A DNA stretch of 63,333 nucleotides, counting the filler. It is 9 parts of 9 records of this genome, joined end to end, with 100 filler letters (N's around TTAATTAATTAA, not from the genome) between each part and the next. Parts side by side here need not be neighbours in the genome. Positions count along the whole stretch, not along the records: positions 58,259 to 63,333 come from SRR31156797_26789; 8 more parts are not named here. The stretch is one strand, 5' to 3'. How positions within the stretch are numbered: position 1 is the first letter of the stretch; every line of letters starts with the position of its first letter. The position numbers and the translations under genes are program-made. The notes below the pieces were generated by a model. The model was not told the origin of the DNA and searched no databases. It saw only the letters and a list, made by a program, of their open reading frames with translations. Below are positions 58,319 through 63,333 of this stretch, piece after piece.

Positions 58319-59503
58319 CTATATTCCGGTATACGCTCTCACAACATCAACCAGGAATTTAGGTTTACTTTTTACAACTTCGGAAAATACTTTTAGAAAA
58401 GTTCGTTTCTCTACAGGTAACTTCAAGATCTCATCACCGATCTCATTGTATTCCTTATCACAAAGTTGATATACAACATTCTTGATCCGATATTGGCTTT
58501 CATGAACCTTGCCAAACTTCTTCTGGATATCTTTTTCGTATCTTAAGAATAGCTTGGGTAATTTCTGAGGGTCATCGATGGCTTCAACTGCTGCTTTCCC
58601 TGCCATAATGCCGCTATCCATGGCATGTGTGATACCCCCGCCGTTCAAAGGATTGACCATACGACCCGCATCTCCGACGATCAGCATATTTTCTTTACTT
58701 AGCGGTTTTAAATTAGTGGTAACTGGTACTCCGCCGGTGATATAACGCTGTATCGAAGCATCAGGAAAATACTTTTTCAGGAAATCATCCAGATAATCTT
58801 TGGCATGTTTATCTTCGCTTGCATACCTGCCATTTATACCCAAACCTATATTGGCACAATTATTGGCTTTTGCAAACACCCATGCATAACCACCTGGTGC
58901 ATAATTGGTTCCAACGTAAAGATAAAGGGCCTCGTCCTTCAAATTCGCATTGGAAACGGTTGCTTGAACACAGGGTTCAATATCCTCGGGCTTTAAGGCA
59001 GTATTAATGTCCATTTTTCGGGCGATCCGGCTTTCCACACCATCAGCTGCGATAACGATCGAAGCAAAATATTCTCGCTCTTCATTTTTTTCAATGACCT
59101 TTACGCCCTTGATCTGACCGTTCTCATCTTTTAATAGATCAACAACGTTGGATTTCATGTGGACCATAGCGCCTTCATTGCCTGCTTTCATGGCCATATC
59201 ATATTCGAAAAGATCGCGATTAAGAATATAACCACTATACATATCACTTTTCAGCTTAACTTCCTTGCCATTTGGTAAAACCAAAATAAAGGTATTGACC
59301 TTCGTACTGATCCATCTATCTTCGATGGGAATATATTTTGTAAAATCTTCATGCCCGACTGCTTCTCCGCAACGGACAGGAAGGCCCATTTCACGTTTTC
59401 TTTCGCATAATAATACTGATTTGCCTGCTTTGGCAACTTCCCAGGCTGCAAATAACCCTGCCGGCCCGCCACCCACAACGATAACATCCCAATTAGTCTT
59501 CAT
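58319..59503 (-). CDS. Geranylgeranyl reductase family protein (archaeal DGGGPL-reductase-like)
   Basis: GGGPAG, PVRCGEAV, AADGVES, APGGYAWVFAK and VGDAGRMVNPLNGGGI motifs. Confidence 0.85.
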   Translation of the reverse strand: MKTNWDVIVVGGGPAGLFAAWEVAKAGKSVLLCERKREMGLPVRCGEAVGHEDFTKYIPIEDRWISTKVNTFILVLPNGKEVKLKSDMYSGYILNRDLFEYDMAMKAGNEGAMVHMKSNVVDLLKDENGQIKGVKVIEKNEEREYFASIVIAADGVESRIARKMDINTALKPEDIEPCVQATVSNANLKDEALYLYVGTNYAPGGYAWVFAKANNCANIGLGINGRYASEDKHAKDYLDDFLKKYFPDASIQRYITGGVPVTTNLKPLSKENMLIVGDAGRMVNPLNGGGITHAMDSGIMAGKAAVEAIDDPQKLPKLFLRYEKDIQKKFGKVHESQYRIKNVVYQLCDKEYNEIGDEILKLPVEKRTFLKVFSEVVKSKPKFLVDVVRAYTGI

Positions 59504-59669
59504 TTTTCACCTCCAATGCGGCGATCGGACACATTTTAACACAAATGCGGCATTCGGTGCATTTATTATGATCAACTTCGACTTTAAATTCACCTAACAT
59601 TAAAGCATCAGCAGGACATACGGCAATGCATGTGCCACATTGATCACAGTGTTTTAATGAAACTATCAT
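59493..59669 (-). CDS. 2[4Fe-4S] ferredoxin, 58 aa (absent from ORF track)
   Basis: Manual translation MIVSLKHCDQCGTCIAVCPADALMLGEFKVEVDHNKCTECRICVKMCPIAALEVKNED; AGGAG RBS; overlaps the reductase start. Confidence 0.93.
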   Translation of the reverse strand: MIVSLKHCDQCGTCIAVCPADALMLGEFKVEVDHNKCTECRICVKMCPIAALEVKNED

Positions 59670-59677
59670 ATTTCCTC

Positions 59678-60133
59678 CTAATTCTGGACTGCCATTGCGG
59701 TCAAATACCCCAAGCCGGCACCCAAAACGTCATAAACAAGGTCTTTCCAAGAGAATATTCCCTTTTTGTCGAATACGTCATAAAACTCTTTTCCCAAAGA
59801 AAAGCCAAGGGATATCCCAATTGATATATTTCTGGAATTTTCAGGTTTTACCAAAAGCATTTTTTCCAGTGTATACGAACTCTGCAATGTAATAAAATAA
59901 GCGGAAGTCATATGCATCCATTTATCTTTAGAAAACCACTTATCGTCCGGTTGGATCAAGGCGAAAGGTTTATTTGATTTAACCATATCCTCTTGTTCGC
60001 CAAAATTATCCATGATAACATCGTAATATTTTACATCACTGATCTTCAATCTTGTAACAGATGTATCTGCATCGCTATGTTGCGCCATGAGTATTGCTGA
60101 AAATGAAATTAGAAGCAACATGAGCTTTTTCAT
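59678..60133 (-). CDS. YfiM/DUF2279-like protein
   Basis: WFSKDKWMH...KEFYD...FSWKDLVYDVLG. Confidence 0.7.
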   Translation of the reverse strand: MKKLMLLLISFSAILMAQHSDADTSVTRLKISDVKYYDVIMDNFGEQEDMVKSNKPFALIQPDDKWFSKDKWMHMTSAYFITLQSSYTLEKMLLVKPENSRNISIGISLGFSLGKEFYDVFDKKGIFSWKDLVYDVLGAGLGYLTAMAVQN

Positions 60134-61497
60134 TTGATCACTCCTATTGAGCTTAAAAATACAAGAAGGACAAGAATAGGTGCAATGAATTTAACAAGTA
60201 TATACCATACTCTGGATGTACCTCTGTTAAATTGCGTATTCCTTACTCCATGGAACAGCTCACCCATTACTCCTTTCTTGGATAAATACCATCCGGTAAA
60301 GACGGCGACCATCAATCCACCCAGTGGCAATAGAATATTGGCCGATAAATAATCCATATTATCAAACCATGTCATACCAAAAATAGTGAAGTTACTGAAT
60401 TCCCCAAAAGATAATGCTGACGGTATCCCAAGTAGGAATATCGTAACAGACAGCAGAATAACAGCATTATGCCTTTTCATTTTAGCTTCATCCATTAAGG
60501 TGGATACCAGCATTTCGAGTATGGAAATTGTTGATGTTAATGCTGCAATGGAGAGTAAAACAAAGAATAATGCTGCAAATACATTTCCACCGGGCATTTG
60601 TGAGAAAACAGCCGGTAGAACATTAAAGACGAGTCCAGGACCTTCTGAAGGATCAAAACCCATGGCGAAAACAGAGGTAAATATCGCCAGTCCTGCAAGT
60701 AATGCAATAAGTGTATCAAGCAAAGCGATCATAATGCCGCTGAAAAATATATTGTCATCTTTTTTGAGATAGGAACCATAAGTCAGCAAAACGCCCATAC
60801 CCACCGATAGTGTAAAAAATGCGTGTCCCAAAGCCATTAAGATCGTTTTGAACGTTACGGTACTCCAATCGGGCTTCAGTAAAAATGCAAGTCCCTTTTC
60901 AGAACCTTCCAGGGATACTCCCCAGAATACCAGGAAGATAAGAATGACAAAAAAGATTGGCATCAAGAGTTTTGCGATCTTTTCAATTCCATTTCTTACA
61001 CCAAAGAACACAACAGTACCACCAAGCGCTACAAAGGCAAGTTGCCATCCAATGACCCATACCGGATTCGTGACCAAACCCTCAAAATGCACACCTGCAT
61101 CTGCAGAGGAAGTAAAAGCAGTGATCTTTCCGGCCAGAGCTTCAATCACATATCCCGCTGACCAACCTGCGATCACGTTGTAATATGACAGGATCACAAA
61201 ACCTGTCAGAAAAAACATACCACCTACAATAACCCAGAGGTTTTTATGCTTCTTTGCTAACTTTCTGAAAGTCGAAATCGGTCCCAATTGCGAATTACGT
61301 CCCAATAATATTTCTGCTATTAATACAGGTAAACCGATGATCAATATGCATAAGAGGTAAATAATAATGAAGGCAGCACCACCATTTTCACCCGCTATGT
61401 ATGGAAACTTCCATATATTTCCTAAACCAACAGCCGATCCGGCCGCAGCAAGGATAAATCCCAATTTATTATTCCAGTGTTCTCTCTTCCCTTCCAT
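60130..61497 (-). CDS. Sodium-dependent neurotransmitter:sodium symporter (NSS/SLC6) family transporter
   Basis: GFILAAAGSAVGLGNIWKFPYIAGENGGAAF and AFFTLSVGMG motifs. Confidence 0.95.
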   Translation of the reverse strand: MEGKREHWNNKLGFILAAAGSAVGLGNIWKFPYIAGENGGAAFIIIYLLCILIIGLPVLIAEILLGRNSQLGPISTFRKLAKKHKNLWVIVGGMFFLTGFVILSYYNVIAGWSAGYVIEALAGKITAFTSSADAGVHFEGLVTNPVWVIGWQLAFVALGGTVVFFGVRNGIEKIAKLLMPIFFVILIFLVFWGVSLEGSEKGLAFLLKPDWSTVTFKTILMALGHAFFTLSVGMGVLLTYGSYLKKDDNIFFSGIMIALLDTLIALLAGLAIFTSVFAMGFDPSEGPGLVFNVLPAVFSQMPGGNVFAALFFVLLSIAALTSTISILEMLVSTLMDEAKMKRHNAVILLSVTIFLLGIPSALSFGEFSNFTIFGMTWFDNMDYLSANILLPLGGLMVAVFTGWYLSKKGVMGELFHGVRNTQFNRGTSRVWYILVKFIAPILVLLVFLSSIGVIK

Positions 61498-61509
61498 ATA
61501 TCCCTCTTA

Positions 61510-61953
61510 TTAGAATTGCAAGCTTAACTGTATTCCATTTATTTCCGGATCCGGTTCAAGGATCAATCTTTCATTCGGAAAATTGCTTAAATGTGCATCA
61601 ACGTAAGCATCCATTAAAGAATAAACGTAGACAGCCGCAAAGAACCATGTAAATTGCTTTGCCGTCGGCAAAGGATCTCCGTCTCCGAACATCGTGCTGT
61701 TAATACCCTGTGCATTATTATAATAATGATATGCTGCAATCCCACCTAAGGCTACTTCAGCACCCATGAAGATGCCTCCCTTTAGCCATTTTTGATTATA
61801 TACTTGACCACCGCCGGGAATGATCGCTGATAAACCGATAGCCAATGCAGGGGATTTCATTTTCCCCTGAACAATATTTAAGGTATCGGGTGCTTGTGCA
61901 AAAAGTGTCCCGATCGTAAATATTATGATGATAGCTATCAGTATCTTTTTCAT
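61510..61953 (-). CDS. DUF5683-like membrane protein
   Basis: SAIIPGGGQVYN.KW.K...DAYVDAHL. Confidence 0.75.
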   Translation of the reverse strand: MKKILIAIIIIFTIGTLFAQAPDTLNIVQGKMKSPALAIGLSAIIPGGGQVYNQKWLKGGIFMGAEVALGGIAAYHYYNNAQGINSTMFGDGDPLPTAKQFTWFFAAVYVYSLMDAYVDAHLSNFPNERLILEPDPEINGIQLSLQF

Positions 61954-62330
61954 TTTTTGTAAGCTATTGCTTCAATCTCAATATCAACATCTTTGGGTAA
62001 GCGTGCTACCTGAACCGCAGAACGTGCGGGTGCGTTTTCAGGAAATACTTCCGCGTAAACAGCGTTAACATTTGCAAATTGAGACAGATCTTTCATAAAT
62101 ACGGTTGTTTTTAAGATCGTTTCTTTTGTCCCACCTGCAGCTTCAACGACAGATATAACATGCATTAAGGCAGCTTTGGCCGCTTTATCAATATCATTTT
62201 CAATAAGCTTGCCGTTTTCCATATCTACAGGCAGTTGTCCCGATGTAAAGATCAATTTATCCAAGGCAATTCCTTGGGAATATGCGCCTATGGGTGCAGG
62301 GGCATTTTTAGTCAAGATAATCTCTTTCAT
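61950..62330 (-). CDS. ridA: RidA/YjgF enamine deaminase
   Basis: APAPIGAYSQ, SGQLP and PARSAVQVARLPKDVDIEIEAIA motifs. Confidence 0.93.
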   Translation of the reverse strand: MKEIILTKNAPAPIGAYSQGIALDKLIFTSGQLPVDMENGKLIENDIDKAAKAALMHVISVVEAAGGTKETILKTTVFMKDLSQFANVNAVYAEVFPENAPARSAVQVARLPKDVDIEIEAIAYKK

Positions 62331-62579
62331 ATTCTTTCTCCGTGTTTAAAGTTTCACTGAAAAATGAGGATAATTCGGGGAAAATCAAAATTCTTTTTCG
62401 TTTTTCAAGAAAAGCGGGAGTACGGATATAAAGGTGTAAGGTATATAGGTAAAATCAATACATTTTCCTCATTACCTATAAACCTTTATACCATACACCT
62501 TTATACCTGTTTTTTATTGTTAATGCAATTTTAAGCACATAAATTATATTGAAATCAATAATAAATGAGGTAGTGAAGA

Positions 62580-62972
62580 ATGAAACATGATTACGTATGC
62601 CCTTTTTGCAAAGGCCATTTAAAGGTGAAAAACTCCGTTATCTTTTCAGCAAGAAAGCCGGATGGAGAACGTGGTATTTTACTTTTAAGCCCTGAAGTTG
62701 GTAATTATACCGTAAGAAAGCATCGTTCCTTTAAACTTGAAGACGGTGCAAAGACAGATCTATATTGTCCTATTTGCCATGCTAATCTAATGGCTCAAAA
62801 CTACAACAACAATTTAGCCAGGATCATTCAGATCGATGAATATGGCGATGAAAATGTCGTTTTGATCTCTGAGATCGTTGGCGAACGCTGTACCTATATC
62901 ATACATGGCAAACAAGTTGATAAATTCGGTGATGATTCCACGAATTATTTTGGTGCGGGTACTGAATTTTAA
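62580..62972 (+). CDS. Hypothetical protein with two CxxC motifs
   Basis: YVCPFC...LYCPIC; GAGG RBS. Confidence 0.7.
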   Translation: MKHDYVCPFCKGHLKVKNSVIFSARKPDGERGILLLSPEVGNYTVRKHRSFKLEDGAKTDLYCPICHANLMAQNYNNNLARIIQIDEYGDENVVLISEIVGERCTYIIHGKQVDKFGDDSTNYFGAGTEF

Positions 62973-63024
62973 TGTGAATGACGTAAAACGTGAAGCATAG
63001 TTAAACTTTAATTCTTAAAAAGTG

Positions 63025-63101
63025 AAGACGCGATTAATCGCGTCTTTTTTTAAATAATCCAAATTTAACAAATGAGAAGCCCCGGGCTAAAGCCCGGGGC
63101 T
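63025..63101. repeat. Two palindromes between convergent genes (REP-like or terminators)
   Basis: aagacgcgattaatcgcgtctt plus T-run (63025-63046); agccccgggct-aa-agcccggggct (63078-63101). Confidence 0.7.
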
Positions 63102-63155
63102 ATTAAAATATTAATATTTCTTGGGTATATTTTAATAGCCATTCTCAATCATTTA

Positions 63156-63333
63156 CTATTTCGTAATTGATTTCAACAAGCCACCGGCTTCCAGCATTTT
63201 TAATGTAAATTCAGGTAGTGCCGGGAATGTATAATCATTATTGGTATCAAGATCTTTCAATATGCCGTTTTCAAGATCGATCTCGACCTTGGCATTATTC
63301 GAGATACTTTCACTAACTCCCTGACATTCAATA
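63156..63333 (-). CDS. leuD: 3-isopropylmalate dehydratase/aconitase-family small subunit, C-terminal fragment
   Basis: Manual translation ...VEIDLENGILKDLDTNNDYTFPALPEFTLKMLEAGGLLKSITK*. Confidence 0.75.
   Translation of the reverse strand, partial: IECQGVSESISNNAKVEIDLENGILKDLDTNNDYTFPALPEFTLKMLEAGGLLKSITK

Overview
This window is not one locus. It is nine unrelated contig fragments joined by 100-nt artificial spacers (N-run + TTAATTAATTAA + N-run), consistent with a metagenome concatenation from an anoxic community. Taxonomic labels are impressions from protein family and base composition. (1) 1-7388, Methanosarcinaceae-like archaeon: carB, carA, TolB/PD40 protein, partial gatE. (2) 7489-20122, Desulfobacterales-like bacterium: type IV pilus/T2SS-hybrid operon (pseudopilins, fused PilM-PilN, PilO, secretin, PilT, PilB, PilC, PPIase), an unannotated 35-aa coupled ORF, and a presenilin/SPP-like membrane protein. 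(3) 20223-28089, Methanosarcinaceae-like: dacZ end, SatP channel, pelota + Rqc2, priS, GINS, rpl44e, rps27e, aIF2-alpha. (4) 28190-33452: AT-rich two-gene cassette (frameshifted MORC-like GHKL ATPase + TIGR04141/DUF6119-like protein) between nested REP-like palindromes, a candidate defence system. (5) 33553-42373, low-GC bacterium: divergent alpha-glucan locus with a lipoprotein pullulanase, a CBM-bearing putative outer-membrane beta-barrel and a tandem-CBM lipoprotein, with LacI-like operators. (6) 42474-47599, Arcobacteraceae-like: hrpB, pnuC, kinase, DMT, csp. (7) 47700-52997, Bacteroidota: hppA end, DHOD-like protein, LytS/LytTR pair. (8) 53098-58158, Desulfobacterales-like: Lrp, B12 radical SAM, degenerate sigma-54 activator, LMW-PTP operon. 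(9) 58259-63333, FCB-like bacterium: archaeal-type geranylgeranyl reductase + ferredoxin, NSS transporter, RidA, partial leuD. No rRNA, tRNA or CRISPR array was recognised. The strongest novelty candidates are the GHKL + DUF6119 cassette, the Sus-like starch system with a CBM-barrel fusion, and the mini-ORF and presenilin-like protein in the pilus cluster.
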